IMG/VR virus record: IMGVR_UViG_3300021138_000014
Coordinates: 1 to 64,000 of that record
Length of the DNA: 64,000 nt
Source: a virus
Reading direction: 5' to 3' (one strand)
Position 1 is the first letter of the stretch. The number at the start of each line of letters is the position of its first letter. This document shows, piece after piece, positions 1 through 6,567 of this stretch. The position numbers were made by a program, and so were the translations under genes. The notes below the pieces were generated by a model. The model ran no database searches, was not told the DNA's origin, and was given only the letters and a program-made list of their open reading frames with translations.

Positions 1-35
1 GACCTACGCCATAGCATTCGCCAAGGGAGAGAAGA

Positions 36-326
36 ATGTCTGAGATCCAGGGACTCATAGAAGAACGCAACGCACAAGTGCTCGCCATTACGGACGAAAA
101 CCGGGAGAAGGGGGACGACTCGAACCCGATTCTGTACGCTGAGCAGGGACCGAACCGATTCGCACTCATGTCCCTATTCTTCACCGATACGGACGGCGTG
201 CAGATTCAAGAAGATATAGAAGAACGCGAGATAGCCGTAAAATTCTTCACCGACACTGAAGAAATTGAACTAACCGAAGGCGCACTGTATTCATGGGCGC
301 TCGATTTCTACAAGAACAACTACTAG
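36..326 (+). CDS. hypothetical protein
   Basis: ORF with GGGAGAG RBS; acidic; part of a tightly packed + strand series. Confidence 0.7.
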   Translation: MSEIQGLIEERNAQVLAITDENREKGDDSNPILYAEQGPNRFALMSLFFTDTDGVQIQEDIEEREIAVKFFTDTEEIELTEGALYSWALDFYKNNY

Positions 327-336
327 GGAGAATGCA

Positions 337-651
337 ATGACTAATGACAACGTGTTGAGAGAAATGCTTGCGAGCGCCAAGGGGATTGCATGGGACACCT
401 GCCATAAGATTTATGTCCTCATGACTGACGAGCAGGTCGAGAAGATGAGGGAGTATGAGTATGATCCAATTCACACCGACCTGGATCCACAAGAGATGTA
501 CGCCACGGTCATGGATTGGTGGGACAACTCCTGCAGCTTGAGATTCATTCAAGGAGTGGGCAACGCAATTGGTGGGGGTAATGAAGCAGACTTCTACTCC
601 ATTGTCCCACAAGGGGAGAACCTGTTCGACCGGGCTGAGGTAGACGCATGA
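337..651 (+). CDS. hypothetical phage protein
   Basis: GGGAG RBS; IAWDTCHKIY motif; ATGA overlap with next ORF. Confidence 0.75.
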   Translation: MTNDNVLREMLASAKGIAWDTCHKIYVLMTDEQVEKMREYEYDPIHTDLDPQEMYATVMDWWDNSCSLRFIQGVGNAIGGGNEADFYSIVPQGENLFDRAEVDA

Positions 652-740
652 ACGAATACGAGGAGTACGAAAAGGCGCGAGCTGAGGGCAAAGAGTACCT
701 AGAGCTTTTACCGCATGAGACAGACGAAAGCCACGCCTAA
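648..740 (+). CDS. 30-aa hypothetical protein (MNEYEEYEKARAEG...)
   Basis: Read manually; ATGA overlap, GAGG RBS, ends just before terminator. Confidence 0.5.
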   Translation: MNEYEEYEKARAEGKEYLELLPHETDESHA

Positions 741-751
741 AGATTGTCAAG

Positions 752-794
752 TAACCGCTCGTGTGAGATACATCACGCGGGCGGTTATTTTTTT
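752..794 (+). terminator. intrinsic terminator whose upper stem/loop is a CRP-like box
   Basis: TAACCGCTCGTGTGA-GATACA-TCACGCGGGCGGTTA followed by a T tract. Confidence 0.8.
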
Positions 795-823
795 ATAAGG
801 GGAATGCCATTACCCAAAGCCAG

Positions 824-870
824 AATGTTTGTGTTGACCCTCCCACCCCTCATCCCTTCGGGATAGGGTG
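824..870. repeat. 47-bp repeat copy 1 with C(UUCG)G hairpin
   Basis: 44/47 identical to 2264-2310; ATCCC-TTCG-GGAT core. Confidence 0.9.
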
Positions 871-948
871 TGAGAGAGATCACATGTGATTTATCTCACA
901 TTGTGAGGCCGGTCACAGTGAGCTGCGTCACATGAGATCCAGGTCACA
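869..948. promoter_or_regulatory. tandem array of five CRP/GlxR-type boxes (TGTGA-N6-TCACA)
   Basis: Boxes at 869-884, 885-900, 902-917 (perfect), 917-932 and 933-948 (one mismatch each). Confidence 0.85.
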
Positions 949-964
949 CCAGCTCGGGAGAGAG

Positions 965-1031
965 TGTGACTAGTATCACGTGCAGAATGGTAGGAATTGG
1001 AGAGAGAGAGTGAGAGACTTCTCTTACTAGG
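965..1031 (+). promoter_or_regulatory. putative promoter copy 1 (CRP-like box, AATGGTA, -10-like GAGACT, ACTAGG)
   Basis: Same elements and exact spacing as 2584-2650. Confidence 0.6.
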
Positions 1032-1064
1032 TACTCTCCTAGTTATTAGATATGGGGGCAAGAT

Positions 1065-1769
1065 ATGGACATGGCACTGAAGCCTAGTAAGGACAGGAAA
1101 GTTGCTAACTCACTCACACCGTCGGGAGGGGTACGCATTGCGAACTCTTTCGGATTACCTGCAGGATTAAATTATTCATGCCCTAGCGCCACAAGTGTAT
1201 GCTCGAAAGTCTGCTACGCGGGCAAGTTGGAGAAGATATATAAAGGGGTCAAGATTAATCTCACGCATAATTGGGATTTGGTTAAGGACGCCGATATGGA
1301 TCACGTCACTAATCTACTTAACAGCATGATTATTGATTTCATTACTGAATGCGAGCGAAAGGGTTCGGCTAAGTTATTCCGTATCCATTGGGACGGCGAT
1401 TTCTTCTCAGACACCTATATTGGCGCATGGCGTCATGTTATTGAAAGTCATCCCGACGTCCGCTTTTGGGTGTATACCCGCGTGATTCGCGCGACGGTAT
1501 TACTTAAGGGGATTGATAATCTCGCGCTCTATTTCTCCACTGATAAGGATAATTTCGCGCTCGCTAAGATTGCGCTTAAGAATGGCGCACGATTGGCGAT
1601 GTTAGATGAGACTTTCGAAGCAGGACGCGAGCGCCTAGCGTCGATTGGTGAGCGTGGCGCGATGTGTCCTGAACAGCGTGGTCAGATAGATCTAAACGGC
1701 GCGTGCGTCGCGTGCGGGTTATGTATTAAAGGTAAGACTAATATTCTATTTTCAATTACTAAGAAATAA
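1065..1769 (+). CDS. GP88-like protein (Cys-motif, radical-SAM-related)
   Basis: SFGLPAG, CPSATSVCSKVCYA, FRIHWDGDF, FWVYTR, C-terminal CPE..CVACGLC. Confidence 0.75.
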   Translation: MDMALKPSKDRKVANSLTPSGGVRIANSFGLPAGLNYSCPSATSVCSKVCYAGKLEKIYKGVKINLTHNWDLVKDADMDHVTNLLNSMIIDFITECERKGSAKLFRIHWDGDFFSDTYIGAWRHVIESHPDVRFWVYTRVIRATVLLKGIDNLALYFSTDKDNFALAKIALKNGARLAMLDETFEAGRERLASIGERGAMCPEQRGQIDLNGACVACGLCIKGKTNILFSITKK

Positions 1770-1779
1770 GGAGAAGATC

Positions 1780-2064
1780 ATGGGACGTATTTTTGCAGAA
1801 GAATTGGCAAGCGGTATTGGTGGCATTACCTTAGAAAGAGGGGTTGCCATTCATATGGCGGGTAATCTCTACCCTCCTCCTCCTTCTTACATGGTTCCCG
1901 TCGCGATCGAAGCGCTAAATTCGATCTTAATCGAAGATGATTGGGAGAAGGAGATTGATCTTCCCGACGGCGTGGAATGGCGTGGGGAGAAGAAGGTTCC
2001 CGCTCGATTCGTAATCGACGCGTTCCGGTTAGAAGCTTTTCTAGATGGGGAGGATGAAGAATGA
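1780..2064 (+). CDS. hypothetical phage protein
   Basis: AGGAG RBS; HMAGNLYPPPP motif. Confidence 0.75.
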   Translation: MGRIFAEELASGIGGITLERGVAIHMAGNLYPPPPSYMVPVAIEALNSILIEDDWEKEIDLPDGVEWRGEKKVPARFVIDAFRLEAFLDGEDEE

Positions 2065-2183
2065 CCAAGCCTAAGAATGAATTTGAAGAGGCTATGAATA
2101 ACGTACTGATCGAAGGCTTGAAGAGAATTGATAGGTTGACGATCATCCCAGTAGGATTCGACGAGGATCCTCCCAAAGAATAG
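2061..2183 (+). CDS. 40-aa hypothetical protein (MTKPKNEFEEAM...)
   Basis: Read manually; ATGA overlap, GGAGG upstream, ends before terminator. Confidence 0.55.
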   Translation: MTKPKNEFEEAMNNVLIEGLKRIDRLTIIPVGFDEDPPKE

Positions 2184-2211
2184 ATTTCCTTGCCCCCGCT
2201 CGGAAAACGAG

Positions 2212-2243
2212 AACCCTCAGCGCCGATCCGCTGGGGGTTTTTT
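2212..2243 (+). terminator. intrinsic terminator
   Basis: AACCCTCAGCG-CCGATC-CGCTGGGGGTT plus T tract. Confidence 0.8.
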
Positions 2244-2244
2244 A

Positions 2245-2262
2245 TTCGAACACGTGTTCGAA
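2245..2262. promoter_or_regulatory. LexA SOS box (actinobacterial/Gram-positive type)
   Basis: Perfect palindrome TTCGAACACGTGTTCGAA = TCGAAC-N4-GTTCGA. Confidence 0.8.
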
Positions 2263-2263
2263 A

Positions 2264-2310
2264 AATGTTTGTGTTGACCCACCCTCCCCTTATCCCTTCG
2301 GGATAGGGTG
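2264..2310. repeat. 47-bp repeat copy 2 with C(UUCG)G hairpin
   Basis: 44/47 identical to 824-870. Confidence 0.9.
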
Positions 2311-2345
2311 GAGAGACTTGTCAACTCGACACGCCCGGAGCTGCA

Positions 2346-2387
2346 TGTGAGATTCGTCACACTGCGGCCGGTGTGATCCAGGTCACA
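2346..2387. promoter_or_regulatory. two perfect CRP/GlxR-type boxes
   Basis: TGTGA-GATTCG-TCACA 2346-2361; TGTGA-TCCAGG-TCACA 2372-2387. Confidence 0.8.
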
Positions 2388-2388
2388 C

Positions 2389-2404
2389 TGTTTCACGTGA
2401 AACA
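2389..2404. promoter_or_regulatory. parS: parS site (ParB/Spo0J loading site)
   Basis: Exact match to the bacterial consensus TGTTTCACGTGAAACA. Confidence 0.85.
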
Positions 2405-2551
2405 AATTGTCGACAAATCTACAAAATCAATGCCCCTGGAAATGTCGACAAAGCGATAAGGCTACTATGGAGAGAGAGAAGAGAGAGAGCAGTCGCGTAA
2501 CCAGATGAGAGACGCCTTCGGCGATCTCCTATCATGATGAGAGAGTTCAGC

Positions 2552-2567
2552 TGTGATGCAGATCACA
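2552..2567. promoter_or_regulatory. perfect CRP/GlxR-type box
   Basis: TGTGA-TGCAGA-TCACA. Confidence 0.75.
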
Positions 2568-2583
2568 TGACTAAATGGGGGTA

Positions 2584-2650
2584 TGTGACCTATATCACGC
2601 TCTAAATGGTATCTATTCACCTATACATAAATTAGGCTTGCCTCACTAGG
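2584..2650 (+). promoter_or_regulatory. putative promoter copy 2 (CRP-like box, AATGGTA, -10 TAGGCT, ACTAGG)
   Basis: Identical spacing to 965-1031; upstream of AGGAGG RBS and ORF 2685. Confidence 0.65.
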
Positions 2651-2684
2651 GAATCCTCTATCCCTCTCTAGTAGGAGGCATTAA

Positions 2685-3140
2685 ATGACGAATCTATCGG
2701 GCGCAGTTTCCCCTACAAAAGACGTCGTAGAAGTGCAAGGAGTGGAGTATCACGTTACTTCTGCACCTTGCTTGAATTTCGTTGAACATCCCCACATCGT
2801 AGACGGTCAGGGTTGCTATACCTGCCGATCTTCTTCATCCGCATTGGGCGAAACTAACTCAATTGCAGTCGCTCTCGCTAAGGAGGGTATTGAGTGCCAT
2901 GTCGCCCAGACTGGCGGTTTCTGCATGGTGGTATATGTCGTCTCAGAAGATAAGACTCGCGCAATTGGTGCGAACGCTGAGTGCGTTGTATTCGAATCTG
3001 ACTGGCAGGAGGGTGGCGAAGATCAAGAAACACTTCTTGCCTCGACTGACTGGGATGGTGGCGACCTCACACCTGAGCAAGTTGCCGAAATTGTTGAAGT
3101 CTTCAAGTCTAATCTCTACCGTTTGGAGGTCACCAAGTGA
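2685..3140 (+). CDS. hypothetical protein
   Basis: AGGAGG RBS; QTGGFCMV motif. Confidence 0.75.
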   Translation: MTNLSGAVSPTKDVVEVQGVEYHVTSAPCLNFVEHPHIVDGQGCYTCRSSSSALGETNSIAVALAKEGIECHVAQTGGFCMVVYVVSEDKTRAIGANAECVVFESDWQEGGEDQETLLASTDWDGGDLTPEQVAEIVEVFKSNLYRLEVTK

Positions 3141-3580
3141 TCCAATGCAAGAAGTGCCTATCAGAAGTTATCTGGGACGGAATTCAGAACATCTGCCCAA
3201 CCTGTAACGAGACGGATGCAAAGCCAGAGAATCACTACGAGTGGTTTGACAAGAAGGGCAAGAATCATGTCTCTCTTACTGAGATCTTGCTTGCCCTACG
3301 TGCCTCATCGCCCGCCGAATGCGAAGGGGTTGCCTATGGATGGACATCACATCTGGATATCTATTACAAGTTTCCAGAGTCTTTCGGTTATGCCGAAGAT
3401 GAGAAATGGATTGGTTTCGGAGTCGACCAAGAGACTGATATCGGATACACCTACAACGGTGTACATAACGATTTCGTCGGAGACATTCCGAATCTAGAAA
3501 CTGCTGGAGAAATCGCTCAGGAGTTCTGGGCGCAATTGAAGAATCGGATCAATGAATTGGAGACACATAATGCCCGCTAA
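3137..3580 (+). CDS. hypothetical protein with N-terminal zinc ribbon
   Basis: GGAGG RBS, GTGA overlap; CKKC...CPTC. Confidence 0.7.
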   Translation: MIQCKKCLSEVIWDGIQNICPTCNETDAKPENHYEWFDKKGKNHVSLTEILLALRASSPAECEGVAYGWTSHLDIYYKFPESFGYAEDEKWIGFGVDQETDIGYTYNGVHNDFVGDIPNLETAGEIAQEFWAQLKNRINELETHNAR

Positions 3581-3758
3581 ATACACAATCACACTCTCGT
3601 TCTTCGCTGATCGGGGACTCACATCCTCAGAGAAGAAGGATCTTATGGACACGATCATGCTCCAATTGGAAGAACCGTATGTCCAAACCGAGGACGGATT
3701 TTACGAAAGTGCAGAATATTCAACAAGTCAGATTGAAGGAGATATTACAAATGGATAA
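3570..3758 (+). CDS. hypothetical protein
   Basis: Probable start MPAKY after GGAG. Confidence 0.6.
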   Translation: MPAKYTITLSFFADRGLTSSEKKDLMDTIMLQLEEPYVQTEDGFYESAEYSTSQIEGDITNG

Positions 3759-3999
3759 TGAGACAAAAGCTGCGGAAATGTACACATACGACACCGCCGA
3801 TATAGAAAGCATTACCTGCCTGATGTGCAACCACGTAATCAATGACCGCTTCAACATGGAGACGCTCAATTACTACTCACTTAATTGTTTCAAGTGCGAC
3901 GAGGATCTATTCCTCTGGAAGCGCTATGACGGCACTGTATTCATAACCGCCGAAGACGGAGAGAAGAGAATCGATTACAAGGAGGAGATCAATGAATAA
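3751..3999 (+). CDS. zinc-ribbon hypothetical protein
   Basis: Probable start MDNETK after AAGGAG; CLMC...CFKC. Confidence 0.65.
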   Translation: MDNETKAAEMYTYDTADIESITCLMCNHVINDRFNMETLNYYSLNCFKCDEDLFLWKRYDGTVFITAEDGEKRIDYKEEINE

Positions 4000-4258
4000 G
4001 AAGATGTACATCGGGCTGGAGTTACCAGTAGCCACCGCGCCGAAAGTGTTGGCGTTCAATGAAACCTTAAAAAAGGGAGAGGGTTCATATGACTCATGGC
4101 TGGTGCTTGCGGTAAGGGAGAGAACTATTCACCCGTTCGCCGTTTGGTTGGTTGCTGATCGTCCCGAGGGGTTGTACGTTTACTCAGGGACTTATTGCCA
4201 GACGCTTGAAGAGGCTCGCGAGTCCTTCATGTATCGCGGAGGAGTGTTGACCGCATGA
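3992..4258 (+). CDS. hypothetical protein
   Basis: AGGAGG RBS; overlapping neighbours. Confidence 0.7.
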   Translation: MNKKMYIGLELPVATAPKVLAFNETLKKGEGSYDSWLVLAVRERTIHPFAVWLVADRPEGLYVYSGTYCQTLEEARESFMYRGGVLTA

Positions 4259-4413
4259 CTTACGGATGTGGGGCAGAGAGTTGTTTAGTCTGTTATCCGT
4301 ATCAGTATGCCTGTGCGGATTGTGGAACTCGATGGGAGAAACCTATCGAGAATGGCGTCACTCATGAGTGCGATGAGTGCGCTTACATTAATAACAATAA
4401 GGAGATGGCATGA
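4255..4413 (+). CDS. Cys-rich 52-aa protein (MTYGCGAESCLVCYP...)
   Basis: Read manually; ATGA overlaps at both ends; GGAGG RBS. Confidence 0.65.
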   Translation: MTYGCGAESCLVCYPYQYACADCGTRWEKPIENGVTHECDECAYINNNKEMA

Positions 4414-4556
4414 AGCAGTGCATTATTCATGAGGCAAGAGACGTTCGGATCCAAAACCGGGCGGGCAAGTGGTTCGTTCATCACGTGTGTGACAAGTGTG
4501 ACTATCACATGTGCCCGCCGAATTGCGAGATTGCAGCTGAGAGGAGAAAAGCATGA
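4410..4556 (+). CDS. Cys/His-rich 48-aa protein (MKQCIIHE...)
   Basis: Read manually; ATGA overlaps; AAGGAG RBS. Confidence 0.6.
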   Translation: MKQCIIHEARDVRIQNRAGKWFVHHVCDKCDYHMCPPNCEIAAERRKA

Positions 4557-4885
4557 GCATTACAACATATTACGAGTTCACCTACAACGGTGAAGAGATC
4601 TATTACCCATCCCAGATTGTAGACAGCGAACTAGTCCGGTGTTTGGATGTTGAGCAGACTTTTATCTCTAATGAGATGAAGTACTACCAAGTCTTGCAAG
4701 AGGCAGAGACTGCCGTCGAGATCATTACTGAACATGGGATCACTACCCAAGCAATTGGAGAGTGCTGGAAGTGGGCAGAGGTTTGGGCGATGGTGTTCCT
4801 AGCCAGAGGTACAACCATGTACAACGAATATGGAAATAAGATTGACGCAGAGAAACTTGACGTCACAGTAAAGGAGAGAGACTGA
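4553..4885 (+). CDS. hypothetical protein
   Basis: AGGAG RBS; coupled start/stop. Confidence 0.7.
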   Translation: MSITTYYEFTYNGEEIYYPSQIVDSELVRCLDVEQTFISNEMKYYQVLQEAETAVEIITEHGITTQAIGECWKWAEVWAMVFLARGTTMYNEYGNKIDAEKLDVTVKERD

Positions 4886-5100
4886 TGAGTGACCTAGAGA
4901 TTGCATTCCTTAACACAGAGAACAATGGATTGACCGTAGATCAAATGGAAGAGATCACTGACGCCATAGATCTTGCCAACACAAACCGCGGGTTTGAGGA
5001 GGCTTGGGAGGCTATTCGAGTCTTATCACGAGCCTTGGATATAGATCTTTACTTCCCCGCTAGTGACGTTTACCCCAAGCCAAAGGAGATAGAAGTATGA
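4885..5100 (+). CDS. hypothetical protein
   Basis: AAGGAG RBS; TGATG coupling. Confidence 0.7.
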   Translation: MSDLEIAFLNTENNGLTVDQMEEITDAIDLANTNRGFEEAWEAIRVLSRALDIDLYFPASDVYPKPKEIEV

Positions 5101-5480
5101 AGCGCTGGTTACCTGTAGGAATTCGTGTTAGCACTGAATCTGATCGATCAGACAGCCTGATTGGGTTAAACTTTGAAAAATGGCGAATGCATACCCCATT
5201 TGGGTACGAGCTTCATAAAGAAAACATTTATGAACCCTCAATTAACGTAATGTGGCGTAAATACTCTTTGTGTATCGAATTTCGATACATAAAAGAATCA
5301 GAACGTTGGGCGTGGCTCAACTCTGATGAAGATCCAGAGTTATTCAATTACGTATTGAAGAAGGTTTTTGGACCTAAAAAGGGGATTGAGGAAAGCATCG
5401 ACCCTGGAATTGAATATGAATACGAAGAGGAGGAGGAGGAGGAGGAGGAGGAGGAGGAGTCAAATGACCCACTTGAATGA
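5097..5480 (+). CDS. hypothetical protein with poly-Glu tail
   Basis: AAGGAG RBS; ATGA overlap. Confidence 0.65.
   Translation: MKRWLPVGIRVSTESDRSDSLIGLNFEKWRMHTPFGYELHKENIYEPSINVMWRKYSLCIEFRYIKESERWAWLNSDEDPELFNYVLKKVFGPKKGIEESIDPGIEYEYEEEEEEEEEEEESNDPLE
5427..5459. repeat. (GAG)11 perfect microsatellite
   Basis: Direct reading. Confidence 0.95.
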
Positions 5481-5661
5481 AAATACTAAAATGAAACCAG
5501 ATCCCTGCATTATGTGCGGGGCCGAAGCCCGGCGCGTCAGTTTCAAAGCCGAGATCTACGAATACTTTGCCGAGGGCAAATGCTTTACCTGTTACATGAA
5601 ATTCGATACCGTTGCTTGGACACCCAAGCACGCCAAGGGCACCGCTGGTAGCTGGAACTAG
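5464..5661 (+). CDS. zinc-finger hypothetical protein
   Basis: Probable start MTHLNE after the GGAG repeats; CIMC...CFTC. Confidence 0.6.
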   Translation: MTHLNENTKMKPDPCIMCGAEARRVSFKAEIYEYFAEGKCFTCYMKFDTVAWTPKHAKGTAGSWN

Positions 5662-5677
5662 AAAAGAGAGATAGGAT

Positions 5678-5845
5678 ATGACACAGAACGGATGGACGGA
5701 AAACGATGGGTTCTTGTACGCGGATTGCCTAAAGTGCAATGATCGTACGGTACACATTGTGCTTAAACCAAAGGAAGGTTTTCCACCGTACGAGTGTGTG
5801 CAGTGCACATTCAACTGGGAGAGAGTAGAGAGTGAGGGTCGATGA
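5678..5845 (+). CDS. 55-aa zinc-ribbon protein (MTQNGWTENDG...)
   Basis: Read manually; CLKC...CVQC; ATGA overlap with MTase. Confidence 0.6.
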   Translation: MTQNGWTENDGFLYADCLKCNDRTVHIVLKPKEGFPPYECVQCTFNWERVESEGR

Positions 5846-6567
5846 AAGCCGTTTCATTATTTGCTGGTGTAGGTGGGTTTGATCTTGCGCTGCACCGAGC
5901 AGGTGTTGAAGTTGTTGCGTCATGCGAAATTGATAAGCATGCACGCGCTGTATTAGAAAAGCAATTCCCAAACGTTCCACTAATCAACGATGTAAAGGAT
6001 GTGACAGGTGATCAACTTAGAGAACTCGGATTCGAAGGTTCTAACGGAATTATTGTCGGAGGATTTCCATGCCAAGATTTGTCCGTTGCAGGAAAGAGAG
6101 CCGGACTTGCTGGAGCTCGATCTGGACTCTTCTGGGAAATCTGCCGTATCCTCGAAGAAACGCAAACGAAGTGGTTCGTCCTCGAAAATGTCCCTGGATT
6201 GTTGTCATCCAACAACGGAGCAGACATGGGAACCGTTATCCAAGCGTTGGTTGAGCTCGGGTATGGGATCGCCTACAGGATTCTTGACGCTCAGTTCTTC
6301 GGAGTCCCCCAGCGTCGCCGTCGAGTCTTCATTGTTGGATGTCTTGGAGACGACGGGCGATCACCTGCAGAAGTACTTGCTCTCATCGAAGGCATGCGAG
6401 GGCATTCTGAGAAGAGCGACAAATCGCGGAAAAACTCTACCTTCGCAACTCCACTCAGCACTTCAGGCGAGGGCAGAGATGTAGCGAACACGATCTCGGC
6501 TGAGTTGTATCACCGATCAACGATCGTCAATCAGGATATTAATAATGGTCACCTCGTGGTGGGTTAA
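5842..6567 (+). CDS. C5 cytosine DNA methyltransferase, N-terminal polypeptide (motifs I-VIII)
   Basis: SLFAGVGG, GGFPCQDLS, ENVPGL, PQRRRRVFIVG. Confidence 0.92.
   Translation: MKAVSLFAGVGGFDLALHRAGVEVVASCEIDKHARAVLEKQFPNVPLINDVKDVTGDQLRELGFEGSNGIIVGGFPCQDLSVAGKRAGLAGARSGLFWEICRILEETQTKWFVLENVPGLLSSNNGADMGTVIQALVELGYGIAYRILDAQFFGVPQRRRRVFIVGCLGDDGRSPAEVLALIEGMRGHSEKSDKSRKNSTFATPLSTSGEGRDVANTISAELYHRSTIVNQDINNGHLVVG
6008..6484 (+). CDS. nested out-of-frame MTase beta-type polypeptide (M.EcoHK31I beta-like)
   Basis: GTG start with AAGGA RBS inside the MTase gene, +1 frame; C-terminal SSLLDVLE...KYLLSSKACEGILRRATNRGKTLP. Confidence 0.7.
   Translation: MINLENSDSKVLTELLSEDFHAKICPLQEREPDLLELDLDSSGKSAVSSKKRKRSGSSSKMSLDCCHPTTEQTWEPLSKRWLSSGMGSPTGFLTLSSSESPSVAVESSLLDVLETTGDHLQKYLLSSKACEGILRRATNRGKTLPSQLHSALQARAEM

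Noticed and set aside
869-948. CRISPR-like or iteron array
   Set aside because: Units are 16-bp palindromes with 6-bp variable cores; there are no 25-45 bp repeats with unique spacers and no cas operon
5374-5814. Poly-Pro and poly-Arg ORFs
   Set aside because: Alternate-frame readings of the (GAG)11 tract
6482-6484. Genome-wide amber (TAG) recoding
   Set aside because: Many intact genes (e.g. nrdJ, tail tube) end at TAG and long genes are not fragmented under the standard code
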